A stretch of DNA of 64,000 nt from the NCBI GenBank assembly GCA_002269645.1, contig NIVC01001973.1, positions 1 to 64,000 on the forward strand. Direction: 5' to 3'. The DNA comes from Macrostomum lignano (Eukaryota). The position numbers were made by a program, and so were the translations under genes. The notes beneath the pieces were generated by a model. It was not told the origin of the DNA. It saw only the letters and a program-made list of their open reading frames with translations, and made no database searches. Positions 1-54,253 of the stretch are shown in pieces; within the stretch, counting starts at the first letter, position 1; every line of letters starts with the position of its first letter.

Positions 1-11
1 GTCTGTCTGTG

Positions 12-82
<71 letters not shown>

Positions 83-86
83 ATGG

Positions 87-166
<80 letters not shown>

Positions 167-169
167 GCC

Positions 170-212
<43 letters not shown>
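1..212. repeat. (GTCT)n microsatellite
   Basis: Direct reading; continues off the window edge. Confidence 0.95.
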
Positions 213-213
<1 letters not shown>

Positions 214-1165
214 GCCTTGCTGTATAAAGCATTCTGTTTCACGTCTGTTTGCCTGTAAATCAAGCCAATGCAGGCAGCCTGTTTCATTCTGTGTCCTCAG
301 TCAAGTGCTTGTCGTATCTTACGTTGGAATTTCTGAGCGTCTTGAACTGCATGCAAGCCCAGAGCTACCTCAGAAATCAATGATGAAGCTCCCTTACCAG
401 TCTCACACTCAAACCCAGTCAGTTCATTCATGGAGGCCCTAATTTTATTGCTCATGTTGTATTATTAATAGTCATGTCGCCATTATTTCAGTTCATTCAC
501 TGCACCGTAACTTTTCCAGTCTTGTACACACTTCGACTTCGACTTGTTGCTCATTCATCAAGTCTGCCTGGTTGTTAAAAGAAATTTATTGATCTATTTT
601 TTCCATTCTACGCCCGCTGCACCAACCTAGATTTTTTCGCAATCATTGTAAATAATAAATTTGATTTTCTGATCTTCTGTACATTTTTCCGTATGGAAGC
701 ATTCAATGCTAAATCAGACTTGAAATTCTGTCTTACAGAAAGTGCAATGTGCTCAAACTATTAATGATAAGCGCGCACAAACACGCATGGGTATACACAA
801 TCACAATTATTGAAAAATATATATTATTGAACGATGGGAATTATTTTGTAAAAATAAAATATCGATTTTATAAATCGAATGCTGTTTATTTTATTTATTT
901 CGTTGTATAATTGAAGCTTCTGTGACTGTATTGTATAACTTGTGAGAAAGGACAGCAGATGGGTGAGAGGCTGGACACACTGACAAAAAGCTAAGGCAGT
1001 TGAAGCGTTTACGAGCGGTACAGATGAGGCATGTTCGCAGCCAAGTGTTTCCAGAGAGTCTGGGAGAGTACACGTACGCAAGGAGTTGTGCAAATAAACT
1101 TACTTTTGAACAATACATATATTATTGAAAATAATAACTATGTATGCTTCGTACTCTACAGTCAC

Positions 1166-2066
1166 AAGGCAGCGGAGAAAGAGAGTAGAGAAAGAGCAGC
1201 AGAGGGAGCGGAGAAGGAGAAGAGAAGTGTTTGGAAAAGGAAGCGGAGTAGAGCGCGGATGAGGAAGAGAAGGCAGCGGAGGAGAGAGCGGAGAAGGAGA
1301 AGAGAAGGGGCGGAGGAGAGAGCGGAGGAGAGAGCGGAGGAGAGAGCGGAGGAGAGAGCGGAGAAGGCAGCGGAGGAGAGAGCGGAGAAGGGAGAAGAGA
1401 AGGGGCGGAGGAGAGAGCGGAGGAGAGAGCGGAGGAGAGAGCGGAGAAGGGAGAAGAGAAGGGGGCGGAGAAGAGAGCGGACGAGAGAGCGGAGAAGGGA
1501 GAAGAGAAGGGGCGGAGAAGAGAGCGGAGGAGAGAACGAAGAAGAGAAAAGAGAAGCAGCGGACGAGAGAGCGGAGAAGGGAAAAGAGAAGGCAGCGGAC
1601 GAGAGAGCGGAGAAGGGAGAAGAGAAGGGGCGGAGGAGAGAGCGGAGAGGAGAGAGCGGAGGAGAGAGCGGAGGAGAGAGCGGAGAAGGCAGCGGAGGAG
1701 AGAGCGGAGAAGGGAGAAGAGAAGGGGCGGAGGAGAGAGCGGAGGAGAGAGCGGAGGAGAGAGCGGAGAAGGAGAAGAGAAGGGGCGGAGAAGAGAGCGG
1801 ACGAGAGAGCGGAGAAGGGAAAAGAGAAGGGGCGGAGGAGAGAGCGGAGGAGAGAGCGGAGAAGGGAAAAGAGAAGGGGCGGAGGAGAGAGCGGAGGAGA
1901 GAGCGGAGAAGGGAGAAGAGAAGGGCGGAGAAGAGAGCGGACGAGAGAGCGGAGAAGGGAAAAGAGAAGGGGCGGAGGACAGAGCGGAGGAGAGAGCGGA
2001 GAAGGGAAAAGAGAAGGGGGCGGAGGACAGAGCGGAGGAGAGAGCGGAGAAGGGAAAAGAGAAAGG
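1166..2066. repeat. GA-rich minisatellite, about 12-bp units (GCGGAGGAGAGA variants)
   Basis: Direct reading; related in inverted orientation to 6670-7870. Confidence 0.9.
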
Positions 2067-2594
2067 GTCATTAGTGAATGAGTGCAGAGCTAGGTGCACT
2101 GACACAGGACAAGAGCAAATACCTGTAAAACTAATCACACGGCTAAGCACAGACAGAACGCAAGAAGCAGGTACAATCAGCTCATTAGTAAAGTGACGCA
2201 GTTCGCAAGTGTCACGTGGTCGATTCTGTTAAGTAATTGGCGCACAATGCACTAAGAAAATTTTCTAATCTCACTCTAGTACATATCCCTATATATAGAT
2301 AAAAGATAAAATAATTATTAGTAAGACAATTACCAAGTTATCAGACGCCTCGCTCTATACTGTAAAACGCATTTTAATCAGTCTTTCTGAATAGAAAAAA
2401 ATCTGTAGCTTGTATAACTAATTCTTTAAATTATGTACACTGGTTTGTGTGTGTGCCGGGGCGTGTCTTTTGCGACTATGGTAATTCTACGGTAACTATG
2501 GTAACTACGGTAACTATGGTAACATGGTAACGTTTTTAAAAGCAAAAGCTAAAAGTTGTATAACGAGTGAATAAAGTTGCTCATCCTTAACTGG

Positions 2595-4912
2595 CTGGCG
2601 CTATTTCATGGATTGCGCTACTTCATGGATGATGCTATTTGGTGTGGCGCTATTTAGTGTGGTGCTATTTAGTGTGGTGCTATTTAGTGTGGCTCTATTT
2701 AGTGTGGCGCTATTTAGTGTGGCGCTATTTAGTGTGGCGCTATTTAGTGTGGCGCTATTTAGTGTGGCGCTATTTAATGTGGCGCTATTTAGTGTGGCGC
2801 TATTTAGTGTGGCGCTATTTCATAGATGGTGCTATTTAGTGTGGTGCTATTTAGTGTGGTGCTATTTAGTGTGGCGCTATTTAGTGTGGCGCTATTTAGT
2901 GTGGCGCTATTTCATAGATGGCGCTATTTAGTGTCGCGCTATTTAGTGTCGCGCTATTTAGTGTGGCGCTATTTAATGTGGCGCTATTTAGTGTGGCGCT
3001 ATTTAGTGTGGCGCTATTTAGTGTGGCGCTATTTCATAGATGGCGCTATTTAGTGTGGTGCTATTTAGTGTGGTGCTATTTAGTGTGGAGCTATTTCATA
3101 GATGGCGCTATTTAGTGTGGCGCTATTTAGTGTGGCGCTATTTAGTGTGGCGCTATTTCATAGATGGCGCTATTTAGTGTGGCGCTATTTAGTGTCGCGC
3201 TATTTAGTGTGGCGCTATTTAATGTGGCGCTATTTAGTGTGGCGCTATTTAGTGTGGCGCTATTTAGTGTGGCGCTATTTCATAGATGGCGCTATTTAGT
3301 GTGGTGCTATTTAGTGTGGTGCTATTTAGTGTGGCTCTATTTAGTGTGGTGCTATTTAGTGTGGCGCTATTTAGTGTGGCTCTATTTAGTGTGGCGCTAT
3401 TTAGTGTGGCGCTATTTAGTGTGGCGCTATTTAGTGTGGTGCTATTTAGTGTGGTGCTATTTCATAGATGGTGCTATTTAGTGTGGTGCTATTTCATAGA
3501 TGGCGCTATTTAGTGTGGTGCTATTTCATAGATGGCGCTATTTAGTGTGGTGCTATTTAGTGTGGCGCTATTTAGTGTGGCGCTATTTCATAGATGGCGC
3601 TATTTAGTGTGGCGCTATTTAGTGTCGCGCTATTTAGTGTGGCGCTATTTAATGTGGCGCTATTTAGTGTGGCGCTATTTAGTGTGGCGCTATTTAGTGT
3701 GGCGCTATTTCATAGATGGCGCTATTTAGTGTGGTGCTATTTAGTGTGGTGCTATTTAGTGTGGCTCTATTTAGTGTGGTGCTATTTAGTGTGGCGCTAT
3801 TTAGTGTGGCTCTATTTAGTGTGGCGCTATTTAGTGTGGCGCTATTTAGTGTGCGCTATTTAGTGTGGTGCTATTTAGTGTGGTGCTATTTCATAGATGG
3901 TGCTATTTAGTGTGGTGCTATTTCATAGATGGCGCTATTTAGTGTGGTGCTATTTAGTGTGGTGCTATTTAGTGTGGCGCTATTCGGTGTGGCGCTATTT
4001 AGTGTCGCGCTATTTAGTGTGGCGCTATTTAGTGTGGCGCTATTTAGTGTGGTGCTATTTAGTGTGGTGCTATTTCATAGATGGCGCTATTTAGTGTGGT
4101 GCTATTTAGTGTGGCGCTATTTAGTGTGGCGCTATTCGGATGGCGCTATTTAGTGTTGCTCTATTTAGTGTGGCGCTATTTAGTGTGGCGCTATTCGGTG
4201 TTGCGCTATTTAGTGTTGCTCTATTTAGTGTGGCGCTATTTAGTGTGGCGCTATTCGGTGTGGCGCTATTTAGTGTTGCTCTATTTAGTGTGGCGCTATT
4301 TAGTGTGGCGCTATTTAGTGTGGCGCTATTTAGTGTTGCTCTATTTAGTGTGGCGCTATTTAGTGTGGTGCTATTTAGTGTGGCGCTATTCGGTGTGGCG
4401 CTATTTAGTGTCGCGCTATTTAGTGTGGAGCTATTTCATAGATGGTGTTATTTAGTGTGGTGCTATTTAGTGTGGTGCTATTTAGTGTGGTGCTATTTAG
4501 TGTGGTGCTATTCGGTGTGGCGCTATTTAGTGTCGCGCTATTTAGTGTGGCGCTATTTAGTGTGGCGCTATTTAGTGTGGCGCTATTTAGTGTGGCGCTA
4601 TTTAGTGTGGCGCTATTCGGTGTGGCGCTATTTAGTGTTGCTCTATTTAGTGTGGCGCTATTTAGTGTGGCGCTATTCGGTGTGGCGCTATTTAGTGTTG
4701 CTCTATTTAGTGTGGCGCTATTTAGTGTGGCGCTATTCGGTGTGGCGCTATTTAGTGTTGCTCTATTTAGTGTGGCGCTATTTAGTGTGGCGCTATTTAG
4801 TGTGGCGCTATTTAGTGTGGTGCTATTTAGTGTGGCGCTATTTAGTGTCGCTCTATTTAGTGTGGCGCTATTTAGTGTGGCGCTATTTAGTGTGGCGCTA
4901 TTTAGTGTGGCG
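2595..4912. repeat. 15-bp minisatellite GCTATTTAGTGTGGC with 17-bp variant GCTATTTCATAGATGGC
   Basis: Direct reading. Confidence 0.95.
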
Positions 4913-4948
4913 AATACGTACAAGTACTCAACGGCTAATCACGGGGGA

Positions 4949-4954
4949 TTTATT
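4949..4954 (-). promoter_or_regulatory. Putative polyadenylation signal AATAAA of TRPC
   Basis: AATAAA on minus strand 10 nt after the exon 12 stop codon. Confidence 0.45.
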
Positions 4955-4964
4955 ACGCTACTTT

Positions 4965-45892
<40,928 letters not shown>

Positions 45893-45994
45893 TCGAACGG
45901 TCGGGATTCTGGATCGCTGCTAGAGAATGGGATTTTGTGATGGGGAGTGGGAGATTTTGTCAATGTGGGACAAAACAATTACGGTAATTCTGGT

Positions 45995-46500
45995 GAGAGT
46001 GACAGTGATGGTGACAGCAGTTTGACAGGAGTGATGGTGACAGCAGTTTGACAGGAGTGATGGTGACAGCATTGTGACAGTCGTGACGGTGACAGCAGTG
46101 TGACAGGAGTGACAGTGACAGCAGTGTGACAGGAGTGACAGTGACAGCAGTGTGACAGGAGTGACAGTGACAGCAGTGTGACAGGAGTGACAGTGACAGC
46201 AGTGTGACAGGAGTGACGGTGACAGCAGGGTGACAGGAGTGACGGTGACAGCAGGGTGACAGGAGTGACGGTGACAGCAGTGTGACAGGAGTGACAGTGA
46301 CAGCAGTGTGATAGTCGTGACGGTGACAGCAGTGTGATAGTCGTGACGGTGACAGCAGTGTGACAGTCGTGACGGTGACAGCAGTGTGACAGTCGTGACG
46401 GTGACAGCAGTGTGACAGGAGTGACGGTGAGAGCAGTGTGACAGGAGTGACGGTGACAGCAGGGTGACAGGAGTGACGGTGACAGCAGTGTAACAGGAGA
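45995..46500. repeat. 26-bp minisatellite GTGACAGCAGTGTGACAGGAGTGACG
   Basis: Direct reading. Confidence 0.92.
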
Positions 46501-48189
46501 CTCGGTAGTGTGAAAAGCAAGCACAGAGGTTAAACGGCAGGACGGCAAGGCGGGTCTGTGTAGCAACTGGAAGCGAAAAACCAAACAAAATTCGAACCCC
46601 GTCATGACAGCTTTGAAAGTGTAAGATTTCTAGTGGGATTTCTCCAGGCGCATAAGAAAGAATTCTCACAACGCTATATGACTATGATATCCCTTCCCTA
46701 CCTCTTCTCCCTTTCCTTCCTGTCCCCAACTCAAGCTCAAAAATCAGGTGCTCAGTCACGATAGTTAAACACTAAGACAACACGCAAACACGAGTCAGTA
46801 TAAAACCTACAGGCACTACTATAGAAGCAGGAGCTATGGATCACTTGTATAAACACAGGGACAGATCTATCATACAATGGGATGCTCATGTTAGGGCAGC
46901 TAGTACGAGTAAGAAGCCTTACCTTTTTTCAATCAATTCCCAGTGTGTTGCTAGCTCGTAAAAAATCCTGACAAAAAAACGATTTTGAACAATTAATTAA
47001 ACGCGACAAGGTTGAAATCGAATTTTTGAATTCGATTAAAATTGTCTTCTTCACTGCCTGCCTATACAGCACTCCTTTTTATAACAGGGAGGTTGGCAAG
47101 GGCAAACGGGTGGGCGGGGAGTATTCTCCCCAACCAATGGGGGATTTCAGTTGGGAGTACTAGTCCAGGAATTGAAATTGCGCTTCCTGGGCCAATGAAA
47201 AGTGAAGCCTTAAAGCAGAGCACAGGTTAAATTCTTTTTCAATTTGTAGATTGAATTCGTCAATGCCGATTAGTGCAAAGTTATTTATTATGCAAGCACT
47301 ATGCAAACAATTTCCTTGTTTGATCCACGCCTACGCACTTGTTCACCTCAGGATATTCACAGCCTCCACCCTTCTGTTCACAGCCTCAATCCTTATATTT
47401 ACAATACCCTATCCATTCTCGATATTCACGCTCTTTATTCTCACATTCACACCCCATTCTCATATTCACATCCTCCATTTTCGTATTCACGCCCTCAATT
47501 TTTGCACTTTCATCCTCCGTTTTTGTATTCACGCTCTCCAGTTTCGTGTTCAAAACCCATTCTCGCATTCACACTCTTTCTTTTCGTATTCACAACCTCC
47601 ATACCCAATCGCACCCTTGCATTACCCATCACATCCCCAACCATTCACAATCAGTGCTAGTGCCAGTCCCAGCTATCCTCACAGGTAAACACAGTTGAAT
47701 TCCTCGCGAAGCAAATTACCAAAGGTGAAGAATCTTCCACATTTTTATCAGTGCTGTTTCCATGACTCCCAAGACTCTGTCTTCAGTGGAGGAAGAGATG
47801 AACGATGCAAAAGCTACTTAGCAGAAATAAATATGTGAAAAAATTCTCTATACTTTTCCTTAATCCATTACTTTGCATTCGCTAAGCTCATTCCAGCTTC
47901 CTCCATCCGATCATGTCGTGCAGTTGGCAGCTGGGATCGAACGAATCCGCGCGTTTAGCTACTCAATGACTGCAACAGGCTTAGTCAGAGAAAAACAGCG
48001 TGACAGAAGAATCAGAACAACTGCACAAATCTGTTTTTTACTATAATCTGTTCCATTGTCTAATTTAATACTGCTACATGTATTTGCTGCATTCTATTAG
48101 CGAATTGTACAAGATAGAATGTGCTATACAATAGCTTACCAAGATATAATACACTCAAACTGACAAGAATATATTCAAAAATGATACAA

Positions 48190-49085
48190 CAGATTCAATC
48201 AGGATAGAATAGATTCAACCAGAATAGAATAGACTCTACCACGATAAAATAGTCTTACCAGGACAGAATAGACCCGATCAGGATAGAATAGACTCTACCA
48301 GAATAGAAAATATTAAACCAGAATAGAATAGATTTAACCAGGACAGAATAGACTCTACCAGGATAGAATAGACTCTGCCACGATAGAATAGACTCTACCA
48401 GGATAGAATAAACTCTGCCACGATAGAAAAGACTGCCAGGATAGAATAGATTCCAATACGATAGAATAGTCTCTACCAGGATAGAATAGTCTCTACCAGG
48501 ATAGAATAGTCTCTACCAGGATAGAATAGATTCTACCAGGATAGAATAGACTGTAACAGGATAGAATAGACTCTACCAGGATAGAATAGACTCTGCCACG
48601 ATAGAATAGACTCTACCACGATAGAATAGACTCTACCAGGATAGAATAGATTATACCAGGATAGAATAGATTCTACCAGGATAGAATAGACTGTAACAGG
48701 ATAGAATAGACTCTAACAGGATAGAATAGATTCAACCATGGGATAGAATAGAACCTAGAAGGATAGAATAGAACCTAGCAGGATAGAATAGAACCTAGCA
48801 GGATAGAATAGAACCTAGCAGGATAGAATAGACTCTAGCAGGATAGAATAGAACCTAACAGAATAGAATAGACTCTAGCAGGATAGAATAGAACCTAGCA
48901 GGATAGAATAGACTCTAGCAGGATAGAATAGAACCTAGCAGGATAGAATAGACTCTAGCAGGATAGAATAGAACCAAGCAGGATAGAATAGACTCTAGCA
49001 GGATAGAATAGAACCTAGCAGGATAGAATAGACTCTAGCAGAATAGAATAGAACCTAGCAGGATAGAATAGAACCTAGCAGGATA
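48190..49085. repeat. 20-bp minisatellite AGGATAGAATAGACTCTACC
   Basis: Direct reading. Confidence 0.92.
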
Positions 49086-50159
49086 GATTTACATGTATAG
49101 ACAATCAAAAAAATAACTAAGACGCCACAGCATCACAAAAGCTCATTAAACATGATTCGTCATAGAAATGCTAATGTTTTAATCGATGAAGGCAAATAGC
49201 CAGAGAAAAACACAGGGCAATCAAGCTTATGTGCAACGGTATATTTAAAGGCTAATTGAAAAAGCACAGAAACGGTGTTGATGGCAAAAATTTCAAACCA
49301 AAAAACACACATTTGCCCAGACAGAACGCACCCAGTTAGGCTTGAGGAAATACTACTTCAGTATGATTTTCTACAATCTACATACTACTTTCGGATAGTA
49401 GTAAGGCCAATGGAAATTTGATTATTGCAATTCTAAAAGCATTACACATTATTAGGTTTTCTGATTCTCCCAGATAGCACAGAGAAGCTTGGCTGCGGCC
49501 GAGGGAAGGTAAAAACACAAGGTAAAAAAACACAATCACTGCTATTTGGTAACTAGCACTTGGTTGATTCAACAGACAAATACTGTATACAGTAAAAGGG
49601 TAGAGCAATAAAAACTGAAAAAATACATATAGAAATGCAGCCGACTTGCCTGTAGCCTCATTATAAGTACATCTGAGCTCCAGTCTAACATTAGATAGAC
49701 ATTTATACTATTTGGCAACTCGCAAACTCTTATGCAACAATTTGAATATAAAATGTGTTTCAAACGTATAAACGGCTTGATAAACCGACGGGCACAGCTA
49801 CATAACAATTATAACAGACAGTGAGTGGAAACTGTACCTTAGAATCCATGCTGTTTTAAACGAAGTGTATCTTACTATGATGGAGGATAAGCCGTATGTA
49901 ACCTTAAATGATCTTTTCTCGCGAGTAGGTCAGATAAAACATCAAAGAATCCGATATTACAGTTTAAAAACTTCCATAATAATACATTATACTACCGACA
50001 TAGAAGTAGCATTAAGATTTCATATAATTTGCATGAATATATAATATTGTCTACTAAACAAAACAATTGAAAATGTACTGATTTTACTAAACTAAACGAA
50101 TGCATATTAAATTAAATAAGTTTTCGTTATTAGATCAAATACACGATCATTCAGACCGA

Positions 50160-50196
50160 ATGACAGACAGACGGACAGTCAGACACACAGAAAGAC

Positions 50197-50227
<31 letters not shown>

Positions 50228-50314
50228 GGCAGAAAGACAGGCAGACAGACAGACAGAAAGACAGACAGACAGACAGACTGACAGACAGAAAGACAGACAG
50301 ACAGAAAGACAGGC

Positions 50315-50355
<41 letters not shown>

Positions 50356-50410
50356 GGCAGAAAGACAGGCAGACTGACAGACAGAAAGACAGACAGACAG
50401 AAAGACAGGC

Positions 50411-50455
<45 letters not shown>

Positions 50456-50796
50456 GGCAGAAAGACAGGCAGACAGACAGACAGAAAGACAGACAGACAG
50501 ACTGACAGACAGAAAGACAGACAGACAGAAAGACAGGCAGACAGACAGACAGAAAGACAGGCAGACAGACAGACAGAAAGACAGGCAGAAAGACAGGCAG
50601 ACAGACACAAACAGACAGAACCAGACAGACAGACAGACAGACAGACAGGCAGACAGAACCAGAGACAGAAAAACAGACAGGCAGACAGACAGACAGACAG
50701 ACAGACACAAACAGACAGAACCAGACAGACAGACAGACAGACAGACAGGCAGACAGACAGACAGGCAGACACACGAACGGACAGACAGACAGAACC

Positions 50797-50835
<39 letters not shown>

Positions 50836-50838
50836 ACC

Positions 50839-50883
<45 letters not shown>

Positions 50884-51040
50884 TAGACACTAAGACAGAC
50901 AGACAGACACAAACAGACAGAACCAGACAGACAGACAGACAGACAGACAGGCAGACAGACAGGCAGACAGACAGGCAGGCAGACAGACAGACAGGCAGAC
51001 ACACGAACGGATAGACAGAACCAGACAGACAGACACACGA

Positions 51041-51071
<31 letters not shown>

Positions 51072-51132
51072 CACGAACAGACAGACAGACAGACAGACAG
51101 ACACACAAACAGACAGACAGACAGACAGACAC

Positions 51133-51175
<43 letters not shown>

Positions 51176-51180
51176 CACGA

Positions 51181-51219
<39 letters not shown>

Positions 51220-51252
51220 CACGAACAGACAGACAGACAGACAGACACACGA

Positions 51253-51299
<47 letters not shown>

Positions 51300-51580
51300 C
51301 TTAGACTTAGACAGACAGACAGACACTTAGACTTAGACAGACAGACACTTGGACTTAGACAGACAGACAGACAGACAGACAGACACTTAGACAGACAGAC
51401 AGACAGACACTTAGACTTAGACAGACAGACAGACACTTAGACTTAGACAGACAGACAGACACTTAGACTTAGACAGACAGACACTTAGACTTAGACAGAC
51501 AGACAGACAGACAGACACTTAGACAGACAGACAGACAGACACTTAGACTTAGACAGACAGACAGACACTTAGACAGACAG
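50160..51580. repeat. (GACA)n compound microsatellite
   Basis: Direct reading. Confidence 0.95.
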
Positions 51581-51662
51581 ATAGGCTCTAGGATAGGTAA
51601 AGTCCGCAGACACAGACTACTCCAAGCCGGGTGACACTGTGGAAAACCCGTAGCTCTCAGCC

Positions 51663-53164
51663 TCAGTCCAACTCGGACTCCTCAGTATTCTCAACCACCG
51701 CCTGCCAGCCGCCCTGAGCCACCACCCACTGGGCGAATCGATCTTCGAAATAGCGCAGCGAAGCAGCTTTAACTGCCTCCTCTAGCCGGCGCTCTCCCTT
51801 GCACCTGGCGCACATCAGCCTAGTGAGATGGTACAGCATTGCCACACTGCGCCAGGCCAGCAGTTCGCACCGGCAGGCCAGCAGCTCGCTGAACCGACGG
51901 TGCTCACCGGCATCGGCCGCCGATATCAGCGAGCTCAACAGGGCGTCGTTATCAACGGCGCTATCCGCAGCGGCGACGGCAGCGGTGGCAGCGGCGGTAG
52001 CCAATTCTCGCTCTTTCGCTCGAACCCGTCGAGTCTTCTCGTGCATCGCCCGGTCTAATCGGAACTCGCAGCTAGAGGCCAGCGAAGCAGATTGAGCAGT
52101 AGATGATGAGGACGGTCGGACGGAGGAGGCTGCGGCTGAGGCGGCAATTGGCCCATCAGGTCGTGAGCAACAAAATCCAATAGTTGGACGACTCGTTCAA
52201 ATTTTTCATCGTCCGAGTTGACGCCTGCGCCACTGTCATCGGCTTTACTGCCGCTACTAGCGAGGCGGTTGACAGCTCCGCCAGGGCTGGTCTGGACTAC
52301 GGCTTGAAACTCTTTAATCACGTTGCGTCTCCGAACCGGCTTGGACAGTTGCAAGGATGAAGGCGGCGGAGTCTGGGCGGACGGCTCGCTCTGGTGACGA
52401 GTCCGTTGAAAATGCGGCAGCGACCATTTCTTTGAAGAAGACGACGTTGAAGCTTTCTTAGAAGCCGCCTCATGCTGCTGCATCAGCGGCTGCTGAGCCA
52501 GGCCGGCAAAGGCGCGTCTTCGCAGAAATCTCGGCATTTTAATCCGTTTCAGAAAGCTTTGCTGACGATTGAGAAATTCTATTTTCAGACTGCGCTTAGT
52601 GTCGGTCTCGGTTTCATAGCCAGTGCTATCAATTGTGCCAGTCTGTTGCTGCAGCTGACCAGAATCAGCCACCGGTGTTGGAGAATACTTACCAGCGGAA
52701 TCCGTCTGTTCAATTGAGTCGTCTTCTAAGCTTTCAACGGAGCCCAGTGGCGCGGTTGCCGCAACAGTTGCCGTGGACAAAGCGAAAGACACTGGCTCAG
52801 AGATTGACACTGATAGGCCTTCCCAGAAATCGTCTAGGGAGCGGGTTTCGCTTAAATTCGCCTCAATTGTGGAGGTGGCCGCAGTGGCGGCTGATGAAGA
52901 AGACCCGGATGCTGTAGCTGCAGCCGAGGCTTTGCCAGCTCCAGCAGCGGTGGCGGCTGCAGCAGCCGCAGCGGCGCAACGCCGACTAAGAAACAATTCG
53001 AGCACAGCTCGGGCATCGTGAATAACAGCGTTGGAGTCTTGTCGCTGGGTCGGAGGGGCACTCTTTTGCACTGGCACCGACGTGGAAGCGGCAGTGGCAG
53101 TAGAAGTGCCCCCAGCTGCAGCTGCGTTAGCAGCAACAGGGGTGCCAGAACTAACAGTCGCTGA
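51663..53164 (-). CDS. Bcl-2 family protein, BCL2L14 (Bcl-G)/BCL2L12-like; large exon lacking its start exon, with a -1 frame break near 52060-52155
   Basis: ctttccag acceptor at 53164; VIHDARAVLELFLSRR; BH3-like ERVVQLLDFVAHDL; BH2 YFEDRFAQWVVAQGGWQAVV then acidic end EESELD*, no TM anchor. ORFs 52055-53077 and 51663-52046 are in different frames. Confidence 0.75.
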
Positions 53165-53372
53165 CTGGAAAGTAGTTGGTTACGAATATTGATAGTATAA
53201 TTTCACTAAGTAGCTTAAGGGATTTTTAAGCTAATTGTGCAATTAGCTTTTTTAAGAGACAGCTATCTTTAGGCTTTTCATCAACCCAATGAAAATGGTA
53301 CCAAGAAAAGTACTAGAGTCATTACAGTTGCAGATAACACACAAGGTAAATACGAAAGAAGTGACTCTAGAT

Positions 53373-54253
53373 CAGTGTTGGGCACCAGTCCATTAATAAG
53401 CGTTAATCCATTAATAAGTGTCAATAAGCGTTAAGATTTTTCATTAATGTAAATGGACTGTCGTTAAGATTTTTTGAACTAATGGATTAACACATTTGCG
53501 TTAAAAAATTTGTGAATTAACGATAAATTCATTGTTAACGGTAGTGTCTATGTCAATGACCAAAGACGCAAAGAAGGAACGAAAAATAGAAGTCTTACAA
53601 GAAGTTTAAACATTACAAAAGTATTTGAGCTTACCTATATGCCTAAATTTAATCTCTTTATTTATGACAATGATCATACAGACGTACATGTAATTAACAA
53701 CTTCTTACAAATAAACTTTAAAATAATGAATTAAAATAGTATGAAACTTTATTTCTTGCGCGTGAGCATCGATCGCTTTGATTCACTTCTGTCCCAATCT
53801 TTTGCAACTTTCTGCTGCGCCTGCTAATGGTACTGAAACAATCTTCCTATGCGTATTTAATTATGAATTTCTCACTATTAGCTTTTAAGTTTCAAATAAA
53901 ATAAGTTACTTTTTTTACCATATGCTTTACTTTTAGTAGTATTATGCATGCAAGTTTTTAAAATGATTATTTATTACTTTTTTAGCTTTCAAATTGCTTA
54001 GATGACCTCTGTGTTTTGCTAAAAAGATGGAATAGCAAAGATGTGCAATACGAAGTCTGTTTTAGAAAAAACTTGCAAGATTTCTGTATTTTCTATGTTA
54101 ACTTTAACGGATTAATGCTTATTAACGATTATCAGTTAACTTTTAGTTAACTTAACGAAATTAGGAGTTAAAAAGTTAAGATTTTTCTGTTTTAATGCTA
54201 ACGCTTTTGCTATTAACGGAAGTTAAGATTTTCATTAATGGTGCCCAACACTG
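53373..54253. mobile_element. Non-autonomous hAT (Charlie/Buster-type) MITE, 881 bp
   Basis: 14-bp TIR CAGTGTTGGGCACC / GGTGCCCAACACTG; exact 8-bp TSD CTCTAGAT at 53365-53372 and 54254-54261; repeated subterminal TTAACG/CGTTAA; no ORF. Confidence 0.9.

Noticed and set aside
240-1165. Possible exons of a neighbouring gene near the left edge (e.g. minus-strand GTAAGT...CTCCCAG 44-nt intron-like segment near 1061-1104)
   Set aside because: No consistent frame or recognisable product can be assembled within the window.
52050-52160. Programmed -1 ribosomal frameshift in the Bcl-G-like gene or TRPC exon 3
   Set aside because: No X XXY YYZ slippery heptamer seen at either break; indel error or micro-intron is more parsimonious.
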